A stretch of 64,000 nt of DNA, taken from Octopus sinensis. Lineage: Eukaryota. Under the pieces are notes generated by a model, which was given only the letters and a program-made list of their open reading frames with translations, had not been told where the DNA came from and made no database searches. Made by a program: the position numbers and the translations under genes. Position 1 is the first letter of the stretch. Each line of letters begins with the position of its first letter. Below, piece after piece: positions 53,570-64,000 of this stretch. Where the stretch lies: assembly GCF_006345805.1 (NCBI RefSeq), contig NC_043013.1, forward strand, positions 19,902,001 through 19,966,000, read 5' to 3'.

Positions 53570-54290
53570 TGGTGGGGGTATTGCAAGCTTTAATAAATAA
53601 TTCAAGCAAATCACATTCGAAAAGTGTTTATTCATAGAACTATATAACAATTTATTCCATTGTTTGTTGTCATCGTCGTGCCAGAAGCTCAGTTCCACAC
53701 TTATGCTATTTGGTTGGTTTAAAGGCAAAAATTTCCCTTCAGCCGTTCTCAAACTCATCCGCATTGCCGAATCTCTGTCCGTGCCGGAAATGGATCCGTT
53801 CGTGGATCTGGAAAGGGTAAATCTGGAAAGAGTATAATCTGAAACGTAGGCACGGTGAGACAGCACTTCCAGCCTGTCATGCTACCTAAGTTTGCGTTAG
53901 GTCACATTGGCAGTGCATACTGGGGTACTGTCATGTGGTGAGAGAGAGCATCTTCGATGGACAAATTCGGAGTAGCAGGCTCTCACAATATTATAAACTC
54001 GCTGCTGTTGTTGAGCATAAAGATTAGATTTCAAAGTTTGAAACAGCCTCGAAATTCCACCAAACACACAACACGACCTGTTCAAATAGCATTTCTTTTC
54101 GAAACGCAGCATTGTCTTCGAGGCTGTGGTCATCTCGAAAATCGAGTGAACCAGTTTTTTGGCACAGGTGTGTTGGCAGTTTTTGCGCCTTCTGTATCGT
54201 TACTTTATTTTGCAGCTGCCATTGCTTTCCCTCTTTCCACAGGTATCATAAAATAATTCAAATTGCAATTTATGCATCACACACTGTGAA
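53570..54290 (-). mobile_element. Second, much older mariner transposase remnant with internal deletion
   Basis: Minus strand KNWFTRF..DHSLED (HTH end) is joined to QVVLCVWWNFEAV..FE, then HDSTP (degenerate HDNARP) and LEVLSHRAY.SD (degenerate EVLPHPPYSPD). Confidence 0.7.
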
Positions 54291-54864
54291 AGCTATAAAA
54301 TAGAGAATAAACAATCAATGTTTATATTTTATACATGAAAATGAAGAATAAACAATTTAGGAATGATTGGACATGTATCAAATTAATGATATAACATGGA
54401 GATACAATTTGCAAAACTCCTCGGGGAAAAAACGAAAAACGTTTTCCACTCAGCCAGGTAGACGTACCTATGTATTTACATACGTATAAACACGCATAGA
54501 TATACCTAAATATACACACATATATAAATATATGGATGCGCACTCCCACACGGAAAGAGCTGGCGCCCAGAGCTATTAAGTGTGAAGTGGAAAAGCATAT
54601 TTTATTACCTAAAATGTATGACATTACAAGTGAAATTCTCCTGACATTTTCTGCAAAATAACTGAACGAAAAATTACCTAAAAGACCTCATACTGGAAAT
54701 TAGTATACGAAACCAGCAATGTACAGAAAAACTCACGCCCTACAGAAAAGTACTGGCCGGTCTTTCCAACAAGGAAACCTCTGAAATCAACGTATCTGAT
54801 TGGCCAAGGCACTTTTGCTTAAAATTCTGATGTTTTTGCCAAATTCTGCATGCGGGAATATTAG

Positions 54865-55320
54865 TTATAAATTATACTCAAGCTGTTTACCGAAACTGTC
54901 GAATCAATACTATTATATACCAGTGAAACATAGACTCTGACGAAGAAAGTATCAAACGTGCTAGATTGCTGCGACATAGGGATGCTACATATGGCCCTAA
55001 ATATGAAATGGCAGCAAGATTTGAAATACGAATGCTTTTATGGAGACCTGCTCTAGGTTAGCGAGGAGATCAGGCAAAAAGAGCTGCGACTATTTGGTCA
55101 CTACATGCACCACCCTGAGCTAGAGGCATCCAGATTAGTCTTGTGGAAGACACTTCAGGAAGATGTTAGAAGTATATGTCGTCACACTTAAATCGACAAC
55201 TCGATTTTATAAAAAGGCCTTGAATGTATCCAGGACCACGAGGCAGTGATGTTAGACCAAGAAGTGTGGCAGGTGCACTTTGTTGCTGCGGCTCGGGTTG
55301 GAACCGGCTGCAAAAACAAA
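54865..55320 (+). mobile_element. RTE-clade LINE ORF2 C-terminal fragment
   Basis: LKLFTETVESILLY.SET.TLTKK...LDCC...MLHMALNMKWQQ...YG.L..VSEEIRQKELRLFGHYMHHPELEASRLVLW. This matches the typical post-RT RTE region. Confidence 0.8.
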
Positions 55321-55409
55321 TTTAAGTAATACATAAGTTACTTGGTAAAGGTAAAATTGATTTGCAGCCTGTAAATTGAATAAATTGGTGGTACGTTAAA
55401 GATTGTTCT

Positions 55410-55925
55410 TCTTTAATTCTTTTACTTTATTCGTTCATTGGACAACAGCCATGCTGGCATACTGCCTTGAAGGGGTTTATCGAACGGGTCGCACCCACTA
55501 CCTACTTTTAAACTCTGGTATTTATTCCATAGGGTTCAATTTAGGAGCGGTCAACTTACGGGTAAACAAAGCAGCGCCGATGATCAATCTGTGGTGGCTG
55601 TCAAACCTAACACACAATTTACCGTACACAGGTACAGACATAAATGAATAGATATGGCTGTATCGTCACAGTCGTCTAGGGTTCAGTTCCACAACGTGGC
55701 ACCTTGGGCAAGTGTCTTCTACTATAGTAGAAGGAAAATAAAAATTTTATGATATGATTTTGGTAGGTGTTTATCTTCTAACACTTCTTGAAAACCAGTT
55801 GTTGGTTTTGTTTACACCAGCGTAAATTACCGGTTCGGAAACAATGACCGACAGGTCGATTTGATTGTCTAATCTCCTCAAGGCAGCTCCCCAGCATGGC
55901 CACAGGAAAAGAACTAAAATAAAAT
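55410..55925. mobile_element. Degenerate CORE-SINE pieces in opposite orientations
   Basis: Minus tail CAGCCATGCTGG..ACTGCCTT (55410-55600); plus head/core GGTTCAGTTCC..GTGGCACCTTGGGCAAGTGTCTTCTACTATAG (55680-55730); plus tail AAGGCAGCTCCCCAGCATGGCC (55880). Confidence 0.6.
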
Positions 55926-56334
55926 ACACATATGTACTCAGGAATTCTATTTATATGCACGTCTGCGTATATACACACATACATAGACATACACATATAC
56001 ATACATGCATACATATATATACGCATATATACATACATATATATACATATACATATATATACTCAAATATACATATACATATATATACTCAAATATACAT
56101 ATATATATACTTATACAAATATTCTATAATTATAAACATAATTATAATCATATTCAGGGGTCAGCTAATTGCATCACCACGCACCAAATTTAAAAATAGG
56201 AGTTTAAATGCCTTTTCTGCTACCACAAAGATCTCACAGACAGTAACACGCGTTTTTAACGTAGGCGAAAAAAAAAATGGATCTACACTACTTAGATTAG
56301 CTACATACGCGTTTCGTGATTAAAGTAAGTAATA

Positions 56335-56434
56335 NNNNNNNNNNNNNNNNNNNNNNNNNNNNNNNNNNNNNNNNNNNNNNNNNNNNNNNNNNNNNNNNNN
56401 NNNNNNNNNNNNNNNNNNNNNNNNNNNNNNNNNN
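56335..56434. other. Assembly gap (100 N)
   Basis: Exactly 100 Ns, typical of a scaffolding join of unknown size. Confidence 0.99.
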
Positions 56435-56662
56435 TTCAGAGATTTCTTGGTTTGCATGTCTAAAGCTATTACATGAAACTTGTCCAATAGTGATACAGCA
56501 TCGTCTTTCGATTGTCGGAGTTCCTGCAACTAAATCATTGCCACAAGTCAGTGTCAAAGACAATTGTGAAGAACTGATCTGAAAAACGAATAAACCTACA
56601 AATATGTTCTCTCATTCTATCTCTCTCTGTTCACTACCCCTATCTTCACCTGTATCTATCTT

Positions 56663-56740
<78 letters not shown>

Positions 56741-56964
56741 AGTTCATTCCCATCTCTTTCCCGTTCCCCGTCGATTACTCTTACGTACCCAAAAGCGGTT
56801 GAGATAACGAATGAAGAAAAACACAAACAAACATAAATATTAAAAGACTCTCGACGCTACAATGAAATATTTACTATAAACTGCATTGCAAGCTCGACAT
56901 GTAAAATCGTATCTATATACATAGTTATTGATGCATATACACACGGATACGTAATAGACAGACT

Positions 56965-57042
<78 letters not shown>

Positions 57043-57201
57043 CAGAATGTATGCATTCACGCATACATTCATGGTAACATATATAAACAGAAAGTGATGG
57101 ATGGATGAACAAAGAGATAGTGAAGAAGGGTACACGAGAGGGAGAGACAGACAGAATAACAGACTGGTGATGGTGATAATGAAGAAAGAGATATATGTAA
57201 A

Positions 57202-57305
57202 TGAGGATGATGATGATGGTGATGATGATGATGATGATGATGATAATGATGATGATGATGATGATGATGATGACGACGACGACGATGACGATGATGATGA
57301 TGACG
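57202..57305. repeat. (GAT)n/(GAC)n microsatellite
   Basis: Directly visible. It is the source of the poly-Asp/poly-His ORFs. Confidence 0.95.
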
Positions 57306-57619
57306 ATCTCTGTGGTGTTTTATTTGTGGTGGTGGTGTTTGTAGTGATATTGGTGACTGATGTAACTGTGGTGGCGCTGGAGGCGAAGGTTGTAGCTGCG
57401 CGATAATGGTAGTAGTTACGATGAAAGAATTTCTACACGGAGCAAACAAAACAATTATTTGTGTATGCTTTTATATGTAATATGTGTGTATATGCGTGTG
57501 TGAGTGTGTGTGTATGTGTGTGTGTGTGTGTGAAAAACACCAGTTACGGCCTGATTGTAACAGGAGAAATGCTTATGTTACAGCTAATACGGTAACAACG
57601 TCAGAAAATGAAGTCGGTA

Positions 57620-58070
57620 CTGCCATATATACAAATAAATATGATAAATGCGCATGCTGTGAAAACTCAAAATGCCCATTGATGAACCTCTGTATGAATA
57701 CAAATTATGTATATTAATGTACTGTGCACACAACGTACGTATGTTTACATTAGGCCGACGGCTGATTCACTTAAGAATCGTTATCGCAACCATGTCTCCA
57801 GCTTCAAAAGAATCAATAAGAGACATTCAACATCTTGGCCCGATTTTGTATGGCGACTGAAATAAGATAAAATTAAGTACAGCATAACTTAGTCCATAGT
57901 AAGGCAAGTAAAATCGTACAATATCATTTCCAGGAGAAGCCGACTCTGTTCTGAGGAATCTCTGCCTATTCTGTGGACCAATGAGAAGATCATTAATAGA
58001 ATTTCTGAAAGACTCCCAAGATCCCTACACGCATATAAATGTACTTTCGCATAATGCAGTGGGAATGAAT
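57620..58070 (+). mobile_element. Penelope-like element, GIY-YIG endonuclease remnant
   Basis: CACCENSKCPLMNLCMNTNYVY..V.....YIGRT(A)DSLKNRYRNHVSSFKR...VWRLK..KI.Y.I..SIV....YN.IS.RC(R)LC.EE...I. This matches C.C....CPL...C..VY / YIG.T / RY.NH.SSF / RC.LCL.EK of Penelope ORFs. Frameshifted. Confidence 0.8.
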
Positions 58071-58080
58071 TTGAGTAACT

Positions 58081-58277
58081 CTTTTAATCTTTTACTTGTT
58101 TCAGTCATTTGACTGTGGCCATGCTGGGGCACCGCCTTTGGTCGAGCAGATCGACCCCAAAACTTGTACTTTGTAAGCCTAGTACTTATTCTATCGGTCT
58201 TTTTGCCGAACCGCTAAGTTACGGGGACGTAAACACACCAGCATCGGTTGTCGAGTGATGTTGGGAGGACGAACGCA

Positions 58278-58335
<58 letters not shown>

Positions 58336-58510
58336 AACATATATGCGACGGGATTCTTTCAGTTTCCGTCTACCAAATCCACTCACAAGGCTTTGGTCGG
58401 CTCGAGACTATAGTAGAAGACACTTGCCCAAGGTTCCATGAAGTGGGACTGAACCTGGAACCATGTGGTTCGTAAGCAAGCTACTTCCACACAGCCACTC
58501 CTACGCCTAC
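58081..58510 (-). mobile_element. CORE-type tRNA-derived SINE (OR2-like), full length
   Basis: Minus-strand head GTGGCTGTGTGGAAGTAGCTTGCTTACGAACCACATGGTTCCAGGTTCAGTCCC, CORE ACCTTGGGCAAGTGTCTTCTACTATAG, internal (TG)n and tail CCAGCATGGCCACAGTCAAATGACTGAAACAAGTAAAAG. Confidence 0.88.
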
Positions 58511-58711
58511 GCCTAACTGTTAAAATAATTTACTTTAAGGTATGGATGAATTAAGTTTAGCTTTAACCTCTCCATTCTTATAAATATCAAGTAGGTATTT
58601 AACTCGCTTTGTGATCGTGAGTGCGCCAAACCACAAGTGTGTATATGCATACATTTTCGCAGATCCTTGTATGAGCGAGTATACACCCGCCATTCAGCTT
58701 GCACGGGGACG

Positions 58712-58754
<43 letters not shown>

Positions 58755-58940
58755 ATATCTGTTAACTTTTATTATTAATACTTTTCTCAGTGCATTGTGC
58801 GCTCGTTTCATTTTTGCAGCTGTGATTTTATTTTAATCTTCTTATATAAATGAGTATATTTCCTACGTTTTGCTGCTTTTCTTTCTACGAAATGAGAAGA
58901 TACCCTGCGGAAATGTCATTTTAAAGAGCTGTATCTATTT

Positions 58941-59051
58941 ATCACCCGATGAGAGTCATCTGCACCACCGGATACTACTGAACCAGTTGTTAAGTGCCTT
59001 ACCCAACCCATCAGGGATCGATGCTAGATGTATCGAAACACTTGTCGTGAT
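58941..59051 (+). ncRNA. Candidate type I hammerhead ribozyme with extended stem II
   Basis: Stem I ATCAC/GTGAT; core CCGATGA (U4 to C variant); stem II GAGTCATCTGCA...TGCTAGATGTATC; GAAA; stem III AC-ACTT-GT; cleavage triplet GTC (59044-59046). Confidence 0.55.
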
Positions 59052-59098
59052 TAATAATTAAAATTCTCGTATATTCCATCTTCCGTCTTTCATTTACC

Positions 59099-59243
<145 letters not shown>

Positions 59244-59284
59244 CCTACCTATCTGCTAATCTATCTTAGTTTTTGTATACATAT

Positions 59285-59430
59285 GTGTGGTGAGATGCTT
59301 ACTTCCCAACCACATGATTCTCGATTCAGTCCCACTGCGTGCTATCTTGGGCAAGTGCTTCTACTATAGCCTAGAGCTGTCCAAAGATTTGTGAGTGGGT
59401 TTGTTAGACGGAATTGAAACACGTCGTATA
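59285..59430 (+). mobile_element. CORE-type SINE 5' half
   Basis: GTGTGGTGAGATGCTTACTTCCCAACCACATG...CAGTCCCACTGCGTG..ATCTTGGGCAAGTG.TTCTACTATAG. Confidence 0.8.
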
Positions 59431-59448
59431 CATATATATATAATATAT

Positions 59449-59503
<55 letters not shown>

Positions 59504-59867
59504 TATATATATCACATATATGTTTCTTGTTCACGTATTCACGAATTGAAAGCAGCACCAAACTTTCCTGACAACATCTGTTTGGCGAGTATTGTTTTCA
59601 AAGGTTCCACACAAAGAATTTTGCATTTCGAATAATAAATTTATGTAGAATTAACAACTAAGTTGTATTCCATATATTCTAATGTGCATCTTTCAAAAGA
59701 GTTTTTTTTTCAAAAATGCATTTATAGCAAGACAATATTAGTAACCACAATATAAGATCTGATATCTGAATGTCCCCTCTCTCTCTCTCCCGCTCTTTTT
59801 CATTATACGCACACGCACACACGCATACGCATATATTCATAGTATATTCACACACACACATATATAT

Positions 59868-59981
<114 letters not shown>

Positions 59982-60292
59982 ATATATATGTATATGAATA
60001 TTCACATTTATAACTTTTATTTATAGATAACGCCTAACAATGATTCAATTGTTTCAATACGTTCGCATTTCTTCAAAGGCCTTTGAAGAAATAGAAGAAT
60101 TTATTGAAATAGTCCGTGCTATTTATTGCAAGGCATCAGGCATCACCTGGTTAATATAATAAAGTATTGATCTATGTATAACATGTATGAAGTATTTTCC
60201 TGATTTTTCAGCGTTGTAGTCTATAAAATCTTCGATCTATACATATATAAGAATACATACATTCAAACAAACATGCGTATATACATACATAC

Positions 60293-60344
<52 letters not shown>

Positions 60345-60476
60345 TATATATGCGTGTGTGTGTGTGTGTGTATGTCTGCATGTCTGCATGTATGTATGCG
60401 TATATATGTGTATTCATATGTTTATATGTATACACGCGCATATATAAACGCGTTTATTATATACACACATATGCAT

Positions 60477-60534
<58 letters not shown>

Positions 60535-60599
60535 ATATATACTTAATATATACGTAAACAAAATAATGGAATATCTTGTTAAATGGAATTTTTTTTCCA

Positions 60600-61575
60600 G
60601 TTGATATGCAGTTGGTCCACCTTGGGGAGGAATCATATCTTTAATGTGTTGAGAAATTGAGACGTATAGGATTTAAGTGATGGAATTTTGAAACACCCTT
60701 CGAATAAAACCTACTTTAGCTCTTTCAGTGAGTCATCCGTCGCTGCATGACAATGCACCATAAATGTTCGATTATATTGATATCTGTTGATTATTGGGGC
60801 CAGTCTTAGGGATTAACTTCACTTTAGGGATTAACTTCACTTCGTACCAGTGCTGAACTATTTAACCATGCGAATGGTGCATTATCGCCCTGCGCAAACA
60901 TCACTGATTAATGTTTGTGACATAGTATGGACAGAATTATCAAAAATACTCAGATAATCTTTGACAACACTCTGTCGTATAGAACAACTAAAGTCCTAGG
61001 AGACCTTCATGTTTTCACTGTCCAAATCATTGCAGTATATCCTTCATGCTTCACCGTGGGCGAAAAAGAGTTAGGGCTTAAGGTCTCTGCAGACATAACT
61101 CACTCTGAAGTGGGAAGACGAGTAGAGTGAACGATAAGTCATAAAGGAAGATGATAATGTTTGCATTGAGCCATTGACCACCTCTGAGAGTCAGGACACC
61201 ATTTTTTTTGCTTATGGATGTGCATGAGGGGGGGGGGGACAGGATAGGTTTAACAGCCACAGCCTTCCCATATTATCCAGTTTTATGGAGCTCACGACAA
61301 ATGATTTGGGCTGACACAGGATTAGCAAGATGGTGGTGTAGCCCTGCAGTTCCTTTTGCTGTTGTAGTTCGATGGTTTTCAGACATAATATGTTTTGACT
61401 ATTCTGCAGTCTCTCGTTGGGAACTTTGCCTTCCATCTCAAATGGTAATTGCCAGAGCAGGTTTAATATTGGCTTTTGAGCACCAGTATGATTTTACACA
61501 CTCTCAAAACAGTAGAAATTTCAGGTGTTTTAGCGACAGAAACTCCAACCATTTCCTCTCAAACAATTTGCCCTC
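60600..61575 (-). mobile_element. Tc1 (DD34E) transposase fossil, near full length
   Basis: Minus strand LSNFQRGQIV...HRTTTAK.TA.L.HHLANPVSAQIICRELHK...KPILS...PTVKHEG..MIW...GDNAP...WP..STDINIIEHLW...SLKELK. Many stops. TIRs not confidently recovered. Confidence 0.85.
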
Positions 61576-61784
61576 TTTGAAAATTAGATAGGTCACACAT
61601 TTTAACATATTTAAATATAACTGTCTGCAAATGAACACAGAGACTAAAGGGTTTTATCATAAACTAATACGCATACATAATACATATGAGCAGATATATG
61701 CACGCTAGAATAGTTTTGAAATTGTCATGTATAACCAGCTTCAACTCCTCAAAAGTTTATAAACGACTGAGTGATACCTCCATT

Positions 61785-62345
61785 GATGATGGCAATCCCT
61801 CAAGGTCCAGGATGATGGTCTTCGCGCAAATTTACTGGTGAGTCCGTAGGTAACCGATAAGACCAATTCTTGCTTGAAAAGATCGGTCGCAGTGCGGACA
61901 TCTAGTGCCGGAAGGGAGAGTCGCACGTGGTTGTTGTTGGCGCTCCTTCCGTCGTCGTCTTTTCTCCTCCAGCTCTGCAGACCTTTTCGACTCGAAAGTC
62001 GCCGTTCCCTCATGGATGGTGGTTTTCCAGAGTGGTCTGTTTTTTGCCGTTTCCTCCCAGTTAGTGAAGTCGATGTCACACTTTCTGAGGTCTGTTTTCA
62101 GGGAGTCCTTGTAGCGTTTCTTCTGGTCTCCTATTGTACGCTTGCCGTCTTTGAGTTGGGAGTAGAAGATCTGTTTGGGAAGTCGTTCGTCAGTCATTCT
62201 AACCACGTGGCCACCCCATCTTAGTTGGCCTTTGATGACATAGGGTTCGATGCTGGTCATTTTTTCTTATTGTAGCACGCTGACGTTTGTTCCTCTGTCT
62301 TCCCAGCTGATGTTAAGGATCTTCCGAAGCCAGCGTTGATATCAA
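61785..62345 (-). mobile_element. RTE/BovB-like LINE 3' end, 5'-truncated (C-terminal ORF with C2H2 finger)
   Basis: ORF 61832-62260: QLRWGGHVVRMTDERLPKQIFYSQL..GKR..GDQKKRYKD...CPHCDRSFQARIGLIGYLRTHQ. Upstream QRWLRKILNISWEDR; short 3' UTR GAAGACCATCATCC...GAGGGATTGCC. Confidence 0.92.
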
Positions 62346-62446
62346 CCAACGCAGATACCTCCATTAGAAACATAACAAAACAATTTAGGCAGCCCTACTA
62401 GATTCATCATTAACGCACACTTATGGACACTTTTTTATATGTATAT

Positions 62447-62640
62447 ATCACTTTGATCACTTTGACCGACCAGTCCGTCAGGCGTCCATTTGACACCGTT
62501 GGTCACAACACGCTGTCCACTCCTCTCTGGATCGCGCCTTTCTCATCCACGTGATCCCAATCGTCCTCTTGAAATCGTCACTCCACCGTCGTGGAGGTCT
62601 TCCGGGTGGTCTTTTCCGCTCACGCGCGTACATCTCGAAG
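62447..62640 (-). mobile_element. 3' end of a second RTE-type LINE with a (CAAAGTGAT)2 tail
   Basis: RERKRPPGRPPRRWSDDFKRTIGITWMRKARSREEWTACCDQRCQMDA*, followed by CGGACTGGTCGGTCAAAGTGATCAAAGTGAT and (AT)n. Confidence 0.8.
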
Positions 62641-62944
62641 CGTATGTATATATATATACATATATATATATACATACCCACACGCATGCACACACGTACA
62701 TGCAAATATGCCCAGACATGCTCACACACAACGCACACACAGACACGCACATACATACATACTTATGCATACACTCACACATGTTATGTACCGTTCATAG
62801 TTTCGTCATCATTCCGCTCAGAAACACACGCATACCTACTCTCTCTCTCTCTCTCTCTCTCTTACACTGCTTCTGCTACCCATTAGCACAAACACAGACA
62901 CACGCACACACACACGCATACACACACACACACACACACACACA

Positions 62945-63577
62945 CTCACTGCCACTCTTGCGTGTCTATTTGCTTTCGCGTACAGTTGCAAGACATACTT
63001 TGTTACAACCGCCACAGCAAATATTGCGATTTGGCAGAAGAACAAACCAGTTAAGAAGTTGTTAGTTTGAACAAGTTTTGCATTTGTTAACCGTTTTCAT
63101 TTACAGAATAGTACCACTTCAAAGAATCGCTAAATGGATCGGAATTAATGCGAACTAATCAATTAAATGTTGCAATATAACAAGACAAATTCTTTTGATA
63201 CAACAGTTATTAACTAAAACTGTCATAAACACACACACACACACACACAGACACACACACACAGACACACACACACCACACACACACACCACACACTCAC
63301 TGCCACTCTTGCGTGTCTATTTGCTTTCGCGTACAGTTGCAAGACATACTTAGTTACAACCGCCACAGCAAATATTGCGATTTGGCAGAAGAACAAACCA
63401 GTTAAGAAGTTGTTAGTTTGAACAAGTTTTGCATTTGTTAACCGTTTTCATTTACAGAATAGTACCACTTCAGAGAATCGCTAAATGGATCGGAATTAAT
63501 GCGAACTAATCAATTAAATGTATATAACAAGACAAATTCTTTTGATACAACAGTTATTAACTAAAACTGTCATAAAC
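62945..63577. repeat. ~285-bp direct duplication (62945-63230, 63296-63577), each copy bounded by (CA)n
   Basis: Two near-identical copies of CTCACTGCCACTCTTGCG...CTGTCATAAAC, period 351 bp. Confidence 0.92.
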
Positions 63578-64000
63578 ACACACACACACACACACAGACA
63601 CACACACACACACACACACATCACACTTGCACTTAGGTAGGAATTATTTATTCGGTATAAATGAGGTAATACACCGTGTAACCTGTGGTTATCGATCACC
63701 AATCAGTAAGTCTAGCCCTCCTTTATCTATTTTTCCCCATCAATTCTAGAATGCTTGATTGCAATCTATTGGTTTAATTATTGATAAAGTGCCCCTGTTT
63801 TCTTTAATGAATAAACATATTAAAATGGTGACGATAGTAAGACCATGTCGATAAAATAATGAACTAATTCTGAAGTCGTAAGTTCAAATCCAATTGAAGT
63901 GTGTTGTATTTCTGATCTACATAATTTATTGTACTTTACATTTAATTAGCCTAGCTTCAGGATATTGCTTGGTGCCTGTTAAAGTACTGGCAAAATTATC

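Noticed and set aside
57069-57449. Poly-Asp / poly-His ORFs that resemble acidic or metal-binding proteins
   Set aside because: They are driven by a (GAT)n microsatellite, and the flanking residues show no recognisable homology.

Overview
This is an AT-rich eukaryotic window dominated by repeats. The repeat landscape of very dense (TA)n/(CA)n/(GATA)n microsatellites plus abundant tRNA-derived SINEs looks like an octopus (coleoid cephalopod) genome; that is inferred from recalled repeat families, not from a database search. I found no intact protein-coding gene, rRNA, tRNA or CRISPR array, and most listed ORFs are translations of microsatellites or antisense frames of transposon fossils. What can be supported: decayed DNA transposons (two mariners, a Tc1, a SPIN/GTF2IRD2-type hAT, a Chapaev3-like fragment, a Helitron-like element, several foldback/MITE elements), decayed LINEs (several RTE pieces, a CR1-like piece, a Tx1/L1-like 3' end, a Penelope GIY-YIG remnant), two SINE families, minisatellites, local duplications and one 100-N gap. 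The most interesting signal is a possible linked retroposon system. A 1.15-kb Tx1-like LINE derivative sits inside a (GATA)n array, and its 3' end matches the tail of the dominant SINE. Copies of that SINE insert at a GGTAT-like motif that also occurs in the SINE's own head, which would explain its head-to-tail multimers. A candidate hammerhead ribozyme with an extended stem II lies downstream of the Penelope remnant. All alignments and translations were done by eye; boundaries of old elements are approximate.
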